Shown one piece after another: positions 13,992 to 28,452 of a stretch of DNA of 64,000 bases. Source of the stretch: Eledone cirrhosa (lineage: Eukaryota); assembly GCA_964016885.1 (NCBI GenBank), contig OZ024742.1, positions 279,124,001-279,188,000 of the forward strand. The letters are read 5' to 3'. The notes below the pieces were generated by a model that saw only the letters and a list, made by a program, of their open reading frames with translations, was not told the origin of the DNA and searched no databases. The number at the start of each line of letters is the position of its first letter. The stretch's first letter is position 1. Position numbers and translations under genes: made by a program.

Positions 13992-14120
13992 ATTTAGAAA
14001 ACCTAATATACTCTCAATATATAACACTAACTAAATAGCAGACAACTGCGTATACTAAGGTATATATTATACAATTTCCTATCTTGTCATAAAAAACTTC
14101 AACTCTCTCTGCACAAACTG

Positions 14121-14205
<85 letters not shown>

Positions 14206-14322
14206 TAGGAAGTGAGGTTTTTTACAAAATGAAAAAAAAAACGCGGTGTCCTACACGAGTGAAAGTATAAGGAATAAAGATGAAATCAAAATGCAACTGG
14301 AGTCTTTTTCAAAAAAATTCTA

Positions 14323-14358
14323 CTTTTGAAAAGCAGAAGAACTGCGAAACCGGTAAAG
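14323..14358 (+). ncRNA. Minimal type I hammerhead, U3:A8 core variant, between about 45-bp inverted repeats (14265-14430)
   Basis: CTT-TTGAAAA-GCAG aagaa CTGC-GAAA-CCGG-TA-AAG. Confidence 0.65.
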
Positions 14359-14454
14359 GAACCAAATAAATATATATTTAAAAAAAAAAGACTCCAGTTG
14401 CATTTTCTATTTCATCTCTTTTCCTTATATATATATGTATACATTCTCACACAC

Positions 14455-14519
<65 letters not shown>

Positions 14520-14639
14520 TATACTATATAAACCCCTAAATAGTTATAACAAAAAATAAAAATATTTTTAATTCTCTCCACACAAGTTGAAAAGATAAGA
14601 ATAACAAATACTTTTTTTTTATATATAACTAACAACCAA

Positions 14640-15650
14640 TAATAATATTTTATATTTTATAAATATTAATTTATAACACTGCTACAAAAATAAAACAACC
14701 CTGAATTTATCAACAACCTTAATTACCTCCCTTTGTTATTAACCACCTTCCCAATTTCCTGTGTAAATTCATAAAATTAAGCAACCTAACGGTTTAACAG
14801 CAACTTAACAATTAATGCAAAACCCTAATAATCCTTTTTAGATAATTTGAAGATAGGAAAGCATAGTATATTTACTATAACAACATGGTCTGTAATTCGG
14901 TGGAATTAACCTTTACCAAACACATACCTGTTAACTCTACACAACTCGAAAAAATTACATCTCAAACTAAGAGAAGTCCATGTTTAATAAATGTGAGTTA
15001 CAACCAACATATTCATCTATATACGAACTACAATATAAAAACACTTGAGTGAAAATTACCTACCCAATTCTATCAGGTGCTTTGCATTACTCCTCACATA
15101 AAATATACCTATTTTATCACCACATGTCTAACTACCATATAGCACGCCATTTAAAAAAAATTAAACGTTTCTAACACTTATAACATGCTTTAACATTCTA
15201 CACGAAATATGCTTATTTCATCTCTAATATAACTCTTTCCTCATACATGCCTTATTGATTGTATTGACTACAAGCATTATATATATACCCTTAACATTAC
15301 CTGATCTTCAATGCTAAGATATCTTATATCTTATGTCTATCCTATCTTACATTTTTCCTTGCTTGTTACTTATTTTTTACTGTACTTTTTGCTTGTAACT
15401 CTTACATTTTTAACCAGTGCTCCTTGTAATTGTGTTCTCTCAAGCATAACATCTTTTTAACTCCTGATTTTCTACATGATGTCTATGACACTAACAACAC
15501 TTATGTTTCTACCTAAATGGTCTGAATGACTAGGATTTTAATCACCTGTTTAGACATTCCCTATGCTCCGATCATTCCAGACATCCCTCTGGAGGAAACT
15601 ATTGTCAGCAAATAAATGTATTAAACTAAGATTTGATTGTTTTAACACTT

Positions 15651-15655
<5 letters not shown>
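14640..15655 (+). mobile_element. About 1-kb HHR-terminated repeat (probable degenerate PLE derivative), homologous to 40490-41390
   Basis: Collinear similarity with 40490-41390; degenerate HHR at 15564-15610; ends in (TA)n. Confidence 0.65.
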
Positions 15656-15700
<45 letters not shown>

Positions 15701-15703
<3 letters not shown>

Positions 15704-16310
15704 TGGCTGCCAACTCGTTTTCGAGTACGGCCACTACTTTATATCCATGTAGGAGAACTCCTACCGATGCGTTGAACGAGTGTGACTTTTTAGTCCAGCC
15801 AGCGACTTGAAAACTCTGGTACAAACACTACACTTGTGACAATTATTGACACATAGTGTTAGGTCCATGGTACCATGTGAGGACAAGTGCAGAGAGATCT
15901 CCAGATATAAAGCAATGCATGTGCCGTGAAGCTTTTATAGTAAGCAAAGGCACTGCACAAAGCCAGTCCCACTCTCTTAACCAAGATGATATTTACCAAA
16001 AAGAAGAACAAGTCAACATCATTGGATACCATCAGGGTTGCAGGTGTTATATCAGAGTTTTCCTTCTCCTAGAATTCTGCCTTGACAAAGGCTAAGGGGT
16101 CATCTCTCCCGGTGATTTTGGATAGCCATTGACTATTAAGAGCTCCTTTGCCCCTTGACAGGTTTTGTTTTTTAGTCCTGCAGGATGTCCAAAGTCACCC
16201 TCCTCACCAAGAAACCTTGGTGGGGTTGCCAGTTCAGTCGCCAATAACTCGAGCATGAGACAGGTTGTACTAGGATACATGAAACCAGTAGCACCAACTT
16301 GTGACCTGAC
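15701..16310 (-). mobile_element. Non-autonomous bipartite RTE derivative
   Basis: 5' part similar to 33480-33650 (5'UTR of the decayed RTE) and contains CTAGGAGAAGGAAAACTCTGA; 3' end GGCCGTACTCGAAAACGAGTTGGCAGCCACCA. Confidence 0.65.
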
Positions 16311-16347
16311 ATATATACATACATACATACATACATACATACATACA

Positions 16348-16380
<33 letters not shown>

Positions 16381-17020
16381 GAGGGTCTAAAGGGGATGCA
16401 ACCTAGTCCAGCTTCTGGCCTTCTCGTGTGGCTTAGTCTCTAAGCCCGGCGGTTCTGTTTCAAACCGACAGGAGAAGGGACGAAAGGCGGGTTACTGGCG
16501 CCTTACAGTAACCAGTTACTTCGGGCAGATGGGACTCGTCAACCTTGGTTGGTAGCTCATCTAGGGGAAGGAGAACCCTGATTTCAAAACCACCACTGCC
16601 TTGTGGTATTCCCAGTCGTGGGACAGGCTAAGGGAGTAAACCCCGACAGAAAATCAGGAGCCGGAGTCCCGAAGGCGGTCTAACATCCTAACGTCATTCC
16701 GACAATTCCTGCGTCGCCGCTGATGAGCTGATGACAAGCTGTATCGATATCCGTCGTTCCCTTGGGGCCATCAGCCGCGTGGAGACGGGGGTCTGCTGCC
16801 TGGACAGCAGCTTGCCCTCTCGAACGTACCTGTCCAGGCCACGTAGCTCCACTGGAGAGAACACTCCAGCGTCACCGCGAGGTGCCGACGCAACACGGAA
16901 AGTGTGCAGTTACCGGTTCTAAGCGTTGGGTTGTTCTGCCATTCACGCAAGTGCAACCGCTAAGACCCTCGCGGAGCTACTTCTTCGTCTTATGATGACG
17001 GACGGATGCCGACGATAGCG
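16381..17020 (+). mobile_element. GC-rich non-coding element, probably a second RTE-derived bipartite family
   Basis: CTAGGGGAAGGAGAACCCTGATTTCAAAACC motif and an RTE-like 3' end (GACGGACGGATGCC); no ORF. Confidence 0.45.
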
Positions 17021-17227
17021 TCAAAATGGGAAAATAGTTAACGTAAGATGTGGGAAAAAATAATTCAAACTCAATTAAAAAAGAATCAGAATATACACTT
17101 ATCCAACAGAATTTAGTGAAATCCAGGGAAAAGTCAATTATGCCTTAACTCATGATAAAATAAAGTTTAAAATACTCATCCTTCAATTTGGGACAACTAC
17201 AAATGCTCTGTATAGTCTTGAAAAATA

Positions 17228-17285
<58 letters not shown>

Positions 17286-17476
17286 TATATATATTATATA
17301 TTAGGTTGAGATGCAATTTGGGCAATATTGGGCTGCGCTTCCTAGCAATAAACCCACTCGCCGTAAGCAACCAATCACATTCTTTCTAACTTGACCACTG
17401 CCACGTCACGATTCTTAGACCTTTTGAATCTGTTTCTGGAGGGGATCGCTTTGGAAAATTACCTGACCTATGAGTT

Positions 17477-17558
17477 TGTTTCCTGACGAGTTCGAAACTC
17501 GAGATTTTATACTTAATAGGGTATCTCAAAACGCGAACGAAACCCCAGGGTAGAAACA
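17477..17558 (+). ncRNA. Type I hammerhead ribozyme with extended stem II
   Basis: TGTTTC-CTGACGA-GTTCG..39 nt..CGAAC-GAAA-CCC ca GGG-TA-GAAACA; lies in a roughly 540-bp segment bounded by (TA)n. Confidence 0.88.
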
Positions 17559-17844
17559 TAATCATGGTAAGAGTGTATGCATTTCTTCTAACTTTAATTT
17601 TATACCTAATGGTGTATGGTTGACTGTATATTTAGTCGATTTCTACGTGCTGTTGAAATGTTGGGTAAATATTCTATTGCGGTCGGCCGCGAAGAGGCTG
17701 CTGTCGTTTATTTATCAAATATTTCTTCATAGGAGCCTTTATTCTTATAGCCTGGTCTAATTGATATTTTATGCGGTTAAGTATGCTAATTGGGAGAAGA
17801 AATGGTGTATATATATTATCAAATGATTCTATGGACATACTTTA

Positions 17845-17875
<31 letters not shown>

Positions 17876-17882
<7 letters not shown>

Positions 17883-19058
17883 TCCGCCGGTTTTGAGGAG
17901 CATTCCATCTTGCGCTCTAACATTCTTATTACTAATCTGCTTTTACTTCAATTCCAGATAAATAATGCTAGACAATAAATTGACTCAGCCAATGAACAGG
18001 TACGTTCTCATCGTTGCCTTCAAATCACAGTATAGTGATACAGCGATAGCTTCCATCTTGAAAGTTGCCTGATCCATCATTGGCAAAGATAGAAAGTATC
18101 TGGAAGCTGCCGATAGAGATCTATCAGAAGCTAAGTACAAACGCATGAACAAGGTGATAATACAATCATAATACAATGCAAAGGCCTAATTTTACCATAA
18201 AATTCACAAATCAATCGATAAAACCCGAGGCAAGTCAAACAAAGGCATCGCAAATAGCCTTAAGGTTTCAGAATGCACCATCAGAAGTGTTGTCCCGGAA
18301 GGCATCCGATAGAAGTTGTATGTGATGTTGAGAGGTCAGGTTATGTTGAATGTGACAAAAGAAAATCATATCGTCAATGCATAAAATAAAATATCAAGAA
18401 GGTGGAATGCTTTGGGTCGTTCTTGATGTGAAAAACTTAGATCACAAGCAATAGGTAATCCTAAGGAATTATAGATGTCTATTCAGAGACGCAAATGAGG
18501 TTCCAACGGCCATGCACACCAAACGAGCGTCATCAGCAATGCGCGAGATGCATGCCGCCTCATTTTTCTCAAGGCATAAGTGTCAACACTGTTGTCTACG
18601 AAGGGTAAGCAACACAAAATTGGTCGTCTTCCTACAAGACTCCGTGCGCTCATCAAGAACAACACAAGCATGAATGCATGTTATTCTCTATGATCACGTT
18701 CTTTCAGACACATGGCCTCATAGCTCACCAGACATCATTTCCTTGGACTTTTAGGTATAGAGCGTAATTAAAAGTGAGCTCAAACCTCCCCCGCGCAACA
18801 CTATAGGAACTCTCAAGTCTAACATTACCAGCACAATGTCCAGTATCGATAGAGGTCACCTATTCGAGTATGGCCACGCTACAGACCCATTATTGAAGTA
18901 ATAGTTGAAGATAACAAAGGTCTCACTGAATAGATATCATAAATATATTGTAAATAATATTTGTACCAATTTATATCTAAATATAGCATTTCTTTGAAGT
19001 GCTATGCTTCTTTTTCTAGATTCACGCAAATGATCTAAAAAACCGGAGGTACCTTGTA
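17876..19058 (+). mobile_element. Degenerate Tc1/mariner-superfamily DNA transposon
   Basis: GIANSLKVSECTIRSVV..IR*KLYVMLRGQ (HTH region) and WPHSSPDIISLDF; decayed TIRs TACA..CCGGTTTT..G.CATT at both ends; TA flanks. Confidence 0.7.
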
Positions 19059-19590
19059 TATGTGTGTGTGTTTGTGTGTGTGTGAATGTGTGTGTTTCTG
19101 TGTGTGTGTATAGATATATAGTAATAATAATAAATATGAAGACTAAAATCCACAACTGTATGACTGTATATATGTATATACCTATGTAATTATGTATTTA
19201 TGTATGTATGTATGTATGTATGTATGTATGTATTACGTATGTACGTACCTACGAATATATATATATATGCATATACATACATGGCAGTGCAAGAACAGAT
19301 TTAATATCAGTGTATGTATGTGTCAGGTGATGCCAGGTGGGGTATAGATTTGTAGCCTGTAACAACGTTTGGAAGCCAACCAAAATCCGGTGCTAATACC
19401 GTCAATTGCCAGAGTCAATTGTAGTAAATTTGCTGTAAATGCTGGGCTTCCAGTTAAGGAGTTGCCATATTATAGATTATCGATCCCGGCCAATGCCATT
19501 CACTAATTCTTTCCTGTCATTGAAGACGATAAATTGTTTCGCAATTAGGGGAAAGCGCTTATCAATTACCTGACTGCCATTGCTGCCATT

Positions 19591-21190
<1,600 letters not shown>

Positions 21191-22197
21191 CAGAATATTT
21201 AAAGCAGGGGATAAAATGACTCACTGTATTACATTTAAACATATTACCACATCTGTTCAAATCTCGTTGGTGACGAGGATTTAACCTCTCCCCACAAATC
21301 TTTGGTCCTGTGACTAAGGTACGCATTCCAATATATTAGCAATATCTATGCACAAAGTTTGTGAATCCTGAGTTCCAGACATGCTATTGCTTTTGTTGAT
21401 GTTGTTGTTGTCGGTGGTGTTGGTGTTGATGATATTTTTGTCTTTTCTGATAACACTACCTTTCACGTTATAACGTTCAACATTCATTAATATATTGCAC
21501 ACGCTAATATGAGCTCGCCAAAGTTTTTCTTTGTAATTTCTATATCATTATTGTCATCACATCTATTTTTCCTGTCGTTGTTATTATTGTTGTGGCTGTT
21601 GGAACTTGTCGTAATTTACCAATGTGTCGAAAAGTAATTCACACTAAACATAGCCATCTCTAAATCCACGGTCGCCATCATAAAGACAAGAACGTTATAA
21701 AAGATACAAGAAAATTTGGCAATTTCCCTAATGCAATCCTTGTCTCGGTAATTCCGTTAGCGCGGCGGCCATCACAGTTTAAGTGTATTACAATCAATAT
21801 CTCTGGTTTAACGGCAATTTAGATTCAATGATCCACAGTAAATGATTAATTTAATATGTAACTCTTGCTTCTGCTGCTGTTCTTGTTATATAACCGCAAT
21901 ACCAAACGACTTATCCACATTGTGTAGAAGACGAATCTTTGTGTTTATTACATACACAGAGAAACATATACGCTCTAATACACACACACAACGCACGTAC
22001 CTTCCCATATATATCATATACATATATATATATTTCACGAAGGAAGTGTGTTAAGGAACCAGATGGACCATAATGCACCAGAGTACTCAATACTTAGGGT
22101 ATTAGAGTGGGTAATAGGAAAATGCTAAACTCCGACTGCAGAGCTCAAGCCGTTTCGACGGCTATTTCTGGAACAGAAATAGCCGCCGAAACGGCTT

Positions 22198-22247
22198 GAG
22201 CTCTGATGATTTCTAAAGAATGAAACAGTTCTAGTCCTGTAGAATCT
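22198..22247 (+). ncRNA. Hammerhead motif with disrupted stem I; same family as 41973-42025
   Basis: CTGATGA-tTTC taaa GAAt-GAAA-CAG ttctagtc CTG-TA. Confidence 0.55.
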
Positions 22248-22331
22248 TATCTCTCTCTATATACTCTCTCTCTATATATAGTAATAATAATAAATGTGAA
22301 GACTTATTTTAATATATATATATATACATAC

Positions 22332-22399
<68 letters not shown>

Positions 22400-22836
22400 C
22401 CGCCTTTATATATATATATATTAATATAATAAATATATATAATCGCCTTTATGTTTTTTTTTGTCCGTTATCTTTGTCCTCTGTCCTCCCTTCCAAGAAC
22501 ATTTTTGAATCTATCATATAATAGGCGTCTCACCGCCCGTCCTGATTCCTCTATTTTCCATTCTGTGCCTCGGTGACTTTCTTCATTTGTCTGTACGTTG
22601 GACAACAGTTCTTTCTGTTCTGTTTTACTATATCTCTCCTATCTTTATTTTTCTCCTTTGACTAAGCGCTTGCGGAATCTTTATTTGTGTAATTTGCCTA
22701 AAGGCTTAACTTATTCTATCTGTTTTTGTATGTCCCAATGGATACTGGATTGATTTACAGGGGTTGACTGAGGAGATGGGACTGTCCGTCTTTCCCTGGT
22801 TTATCTCCATTGTCTTAGACCTGTGGTCTCCCTATT

Positions 22837-22949
<113 letters not shown>

Positions 22950-22961
22950 TATATATATATA

Positions 22962-23486
22962 TAATACATTATAAAGAAAGAAGAAATATTAGACATATAT
23001 AAATAAATAAATACCTGTTTTTCTTCAAATTCTCGACTGTACAGTTTCGTGGCTACTTTGCAAAATTCCTATATCATAGAGATGTACCATTCTTGTGAGG
23101 TTTACCCGTCTATATATGTAGCATTCCTGTGAGTTCTTGTCCGTCTGTAGCCTCAACATTGTATTAATGCCACCTCCGCCATTTATGGTATTTTTCGTTG
23201 CTACAAGGGATTTAGCTCCATTTTCTGACCGTTGTATCATGTGATAAGTCCCCCCCCCCCGCCTCCCCGGGATTCTCTCTCGCGATGCAGACCTGTTTTG
23301 AAACTTTAAATTAGGTATTCTCTTGATAAGTTGGCAAACCTCACAAGAATGATACATCACTATGATATAGGATTTTTCCAGAGTAGCCACGAAGCTGCAC
23401 AGTCGAGAATTAGAAGAAAAAATAGGTATGTAGGTACGTATTTATTTATTCATGTCTAATGTTTCTTCTTTCTTTATAATGTATTA
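22962..23486. mobile_element. Fold-back element with U3:A8 hammerhead (23317-23410, +); relative of 45492-46472
   Basis: Diverged arms of about 145 bp; ATTCTC-TTGATAA-GTtGGC..GCCAC-GAA(G)-CTGcaCAG-TC-GAGAAT; the left arm keeps GAAA-CTGTACAG-TC. Confidence 0.75.
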
Positions 23487-23656
23487 CATAGCTCTGATAT
23501 AGAGTCAATTTAAATATTCCGATTTGTTTGTCTCTCTTAATCATAGAGCAACAGCTGTTAAGGCTGGCAACACACAATCTCACATACTTGTGAAAAATGT
23601 ATGTGTATATATGCATGTATATGTATGTATTCACATGTATCTGTGTACATCACATT

Positions 23657-23714
<58 letters not shown>

Positions 23715-23777
23715 GTATTTCCGTCGGAAACGTACACGCAACAAGAGTGCTCTATGTAGGCTACATAGCTTATTAAT

Positions 23778-23977
23778 TATGTAATAAACAACATAAGATA
23801 ATTATTTAATTGACCAGTGGTTTCCTGAAAGCAGATGTTGAAAATTTTGTTTTCAAATCCATATTTAATAAAAACACCATGTTACTTATTCATTGTGACG
23901 ACTGAAGACAGATATAACATCCACTTTCAAGAAACCACTGGTCAATAAAATAATTATCTTCTGTTGTTTATTACATA
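23778..23977. repeat. Fold-back (about 60-bp arms) carrying the 3' half of an HHR-like motif
   Basis: GAAA-CC act GG-TC-AATAA at about 23931-23948 and its mirror; next to (TA)n. Confidence 0.6.
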
Positions 23978-23996
23978 ACTATATATATATATATAT

Positions 23997-24205
23997 CCAG
24001 CTAACCTCAGTTAGACATTGCACTCAGTGCTCCTGTGGGAGGCCCTACATGGATACACTGGAAGATGAAGACCAAGGTAAACGTTTGTTGATGCCCTAAG
24101 GACAGACAATGGTCTGTTAGAGACGCAGGACATGGCAGCGATAATGAGGGACAGAGACCGCTGGAGAGAACTCATCCATGGATCTCGGGAATTTTACCCG
24201 CCCTA
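23997..24205 (+). mobile_element. RTE-type LINE 3' fragment
   Basis: VLLWEALHGYTGR*RPR*TFVDALRTDNGL...MRDRDRWREL. Confidence 0.7.
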
Positions 24206-24514
24206 GAAATATATATATATATTTACAACAAAGACATTTGCAGATAAGGATGGACAGACAAAATGACTTTCTTCTCTGAAGTATCACGTATGTGAAAATT
24301 TACTTTTCTTCCCCTCTCTATATATTTTTTTGTTTTTATCATTATTGTCACTATTTGTATAAATATGCAAATTAACAATATTCTGCATATCCACAATTGA
24401 TAGTGCATTTAATGCTGAAACCGGTATTTTAAATAATTTAATGCTTTGAAATTTCACTAAAAATATCTCTTCGACATTTCCTCCAGAAAAAAATATTTTT
24501 CCTTTCTACTATTT

Positions 24515-24693
<179 letters not shown>

Positions 24694-24918
24694 AACAATT
24701 AAGTTAAAAGTGTACATCTATATATGTATACTGAAATACTAGTATGCATATAAATACACACATGTATACATATGTACATGTACTGAGTTTTTCACTTGAC
24801 ACTTTACTGTGAGTGTCCAGCTAGTCTGTATGTAACCAAACAGACAAACCGGGTTTCAGAGTCATACGGGTTTTCAAGGAAACACATTTCCTCTATTCTC
24901 CAGAGAGCCAGACAGGAA

Positions 24919-24959
24919 TATTGGACTAGTTTCGATGTTATTACATCTCATCAGCAATA
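24919..24959 (-). ncRNA. Minimal type I hammerhead (array copy 1)
   Basis: TATTG-CTGATGA-GATGT aata ACATC-GAAA-CTAG-TC-CAATA. Confidence 0.9.
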
Positions 24960-25388
24960 ATAACCCATCTTCCGGCTTCTCTAGAGAATCGTAAAAGCAC
25001 ATATCGTTATATGCTTTTTCTATGAAAATTAGTAGTGGGCAGACTAATTTGCATAGAACGTGAGTCATTGTGCGCACCAGTTCAGCGGAAACGATAAAAA
25101 CAAATAAAGAAACGAAATTAAATTTCGTTTCGCTTCTAACTCACTTTTCTATGACTGACGCTTAAACAATTAATTGAAAGTGTACATCTACATATGTATA
25201 CTGAAATACTAGTATGCATATAAATACACACATGTATACATATGTACATGCACTGAGTTTTTCCCTGGACACTTTACTGTGAGTGTCCAGCTAGTCTGTA
25301 TGTAACCAAACAGACAAACCGGGTTTTAGAGTCATACGGGTTTTCAAGGAAACACATTTCCTCTATTCTCCAGAGAGCCAGACAGGAA

Positions 25389-25429
25389 TATTGGACTAGT
25401 TTCGATGTTATTACATCTCATCAGCAATA
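25389..25429 (-). ncRNA. Minimal type I hammerhead (array copy 2)
   Basis: Identical motif to 24919-24959. Confidence 0.9.
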
Positions 25430-25859
25430 ATAACCCATCTTCCGGCTTCTCTAAAGAATCGTAAAAGCACATATCGTTATATGCTTTTTCTATGAAAATT
25501 AGTAGTGGGCAGACTAATTTGCATGGAACGTGAGTCATTGTACGCACCGGTTCAGCGGAAACGATAAAAACAAATAACGAAACGAAATTAAATTTCGTTT
25601 CGCTTCTAACTCACTTTTGTATGACTGACGCTTAAACAATTAAGTTAAAAGTGTACATCTACATATGTATACTGAAATACTAGTATGCATATAAATACAC
25701 ACATGTATACATATGTACATGTACTGAGTTTTTCACTGGACACTTTACTGTGAGTGTCCAGCTAGTCTGTATGTAACCAAACAGACAAACCGGGTTTTAG
25801 AGTCATACGGGTTTTCAAGGAAACACATTTCCTCTATTCTCCAGAGAGCCAGACAGGAA

Positions 25860-25900
25860 TATTGGACTAGTTTCGATGTTATTACATCTCATCAGCAATA
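25860..25900 (-). ncRNA. Minimal type I hammerhead (array copy 3)
   Basis: Identical motif. Confidence 0.9.
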
Positions 25901-26588
25901 ATAACCCATCTTCCGGCTTCTCTAGAGAATCGTAAAAGCACATATCGTTATATGATTTTTTCTATGAAAATTAGTCGTGGGCAGACTAATTTGCATAGAA
26001 CGTGAGTCATTGTACGCACCGGTTCAGCGGAAACGATAAAAACAAATAACGAAACGAAATTAAATTTCGTTTCGCTTCTAACTCACTTTTGTATGACTGA
26101 CGCTTAAACAATTAAGTTAAAAGTGATGAGATGTAATAACATCGAAACTAGTCCAATATTCCTGTCTGGCTCTCTGGAGAATAGAGGAAATGTGTTTCCT
26201 TGAAAACCCGTATGACTCTAAAACCCGGTTTGTCTGTTTGGTTACATACAGACTAGCTGGACACTCACAGTAAAGTGTCCAGTGAAAAACTCAGTACGTG
26301 TACATATGTATACATGTGTGTATTTATATGCATACTAGTATTTCAGTATACATATGTAGATGTACACTTTTAACTTAATTGTTTAAGCGTCAGTCATACA
26401 AAAGTGAGTTAGAAGCGAAACGAAATTTAATTTCGTTTCGTTATTTGTTTTTATCGTTTCCGCTGAACCGGTGCGTACAATGACTCACGTTCTATGCAAA
26501 TTAGTTTGCCCACTACTAATTTTCATAGAAAAAGCATATAACGATATGTGCTTTTACGATTCTCTAGAGAAGCCGGAAGATGGGTTAT

Positions 26589-26629
26589 TATTGCTGATGA
26601 GATGTAATAACATCGAAACTAGTCCAATA
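26589..26629 (+). ncRNA. Minimal type I hammerhead (inverted arm); 5'-truncated copy at 26124-26158
   Basis: Identical motif on the plus strand. Confidence 0.9.
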
Positions 26630-26918
26630 TTCCTGTCTGGCTCTCTGGAGAATAGAGGAAATGTGTTTCCTTGAAAACCCGTATGACTCTAAAACCCGGT
26701 TTGTCTGTTTGGTTACATACAGACTAGCTGGACACTCACAGTAAAGTGTCCAGTGAAAAACTCAGTACATGTACATATGTATACATGTGTGTATTTATAT
26801 GCATACTAGTATTTCAGTATACATATGTAGATGTACACTTTTAACTTAATTGTTTAAGCGTCAGTCATACAAAAGTGAGTTAGAAGCGAAACGAAATTTA
26901 ATTTCGTTTCGTTATTTG

Positions 26919-26978
<60 letters not shown>

Positions 26979-27016
26979 TATATATTTACACACACATATA
27001 TATATATATATGTATG

Positions 27017-27049
<33 letters not shown>

Positions 27050-27475
27050 GCATATATATATATATATGTATATACATACTTATGTATGTATGGTTGTGTG
27101 TGCGTGGTTGTGACTGTGCGGGCGTGTGTGTATGAGTGTCTTTGTCTGTATGTGTATTTAAATGTGTATTCGTGTGCATATTTAAAATTTTTAATATTTT
27201 GCAATGAGGTTCATGTGAAATCCTTAGTTTATACAGATATTGCAATTTATCGGAAGTGCTATGCTACCATAAACACACATGTACTAGTTGATGTTTCATT
27301 TCGGTTTTCTTATTACTTAAGCAACGCCGTATCGGGCTCCATATAAAGTACAAATAAAGGACCAATATAAAGTCCCAATAACAAAGTGGGGTCACTATTA
27401 TCGACTTTACACCTCCCAAAATTGGATGGTATTGTACCTAAATTATAATAGAAATCATTATTAGTCATGTAACTA

Positions 27476-27665
27476 GGGCGGTGGATTAACAGTGTTGTTT
27501 GGGCGTCGGACACTATGCTTTGCAGCAAAGACTTACTGCCATTTACATTCTCAGTTCAAATCCCACCGGGATTAGCATAGTCTTTCATCCTTACAGGGTC
27601 GATTTAATCGACTTTCCCCTACCCCCAAAATTGTTGGCTTTATGCCTAAATAAGAAATTATTATT
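27476..27665 (+). mobile_element. Diverged tRNA-type SINE
   Basis: GGCGGTGGATT head, B-box-like GTTCAAATCCC, CTTTCATCCTTACAGGGTCGAT core. Confidence 0.65.
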
Positions 27666-28010
27666 AGTCATGTAACTAATCTATTCATTGGTTTGTTTAG
27701 CAGCCAGATGGTGATATAATTGTTAAAGCTCTTCCGTTACATATTTTCTGATCAATGATAACACTGGATTGTGTGTGGATAACTCGCTTTGGAGCACGTC
27801 CATATTGGTTCGTTCTTTGGAAAGGGGCATCTATATAGAACAAACCACCAGATAATCAAAAGAATGAAAAGCCTCGAACAGTTTATTTAATAAGGATTTG
27901 AAAAATTTGCACTTGCATTACCTGGACAAAAATTTGCTTTTGGCCTCCGAAAAAGTTTGCCAGTCACAATATTGGAAATTGATTATCGGCAGAGTAGGAC
28001 AGTGGGGGTA

Positions 28011-28045
<35 letters not shown>

Positions 28046-28381
28046 GTAATCTGAGTTTATAGAATATTAATAATAACATTCGATTCGTTTGCAATTATGC
28101 AAACAAGCCTCAATTTTATAGCCATGTCAGTAGAATGAACATTTCATTCTTGTTCACCTGCCAAACTGTCAGAGCTAGTGAAAATATATGGTATTTTCAA
28201 AAATAGACAGTGACTGATTGGCCTGATTTGCATATTAGCAGACTGGCTGATCAGTCAGATTTGTATCTCAGCAGACTGGCCAGTCAGTTTCCTGTATACG
28301 AGCCATAAATGCCCGGTTTTGCCAAATTCAAATAAAAAAGAAAATTTCGCATACATAGCTAAATACAATAACTGTAATCCT

Positions 28382-28452
<71 letters not shown>

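Noticed and set aside
22762-22800. CTGAGGA followed by a GATGG/CCGTC hairpin
   Set aside because: No GAAA or stem III follows; incomplete
24874-26674. Repeated 67-aa ORF (MRTMTHV...)
   Set aside because: By-product of the tandem unit; frameshifted in copy 3, overlaps the ribozyme, no known motif
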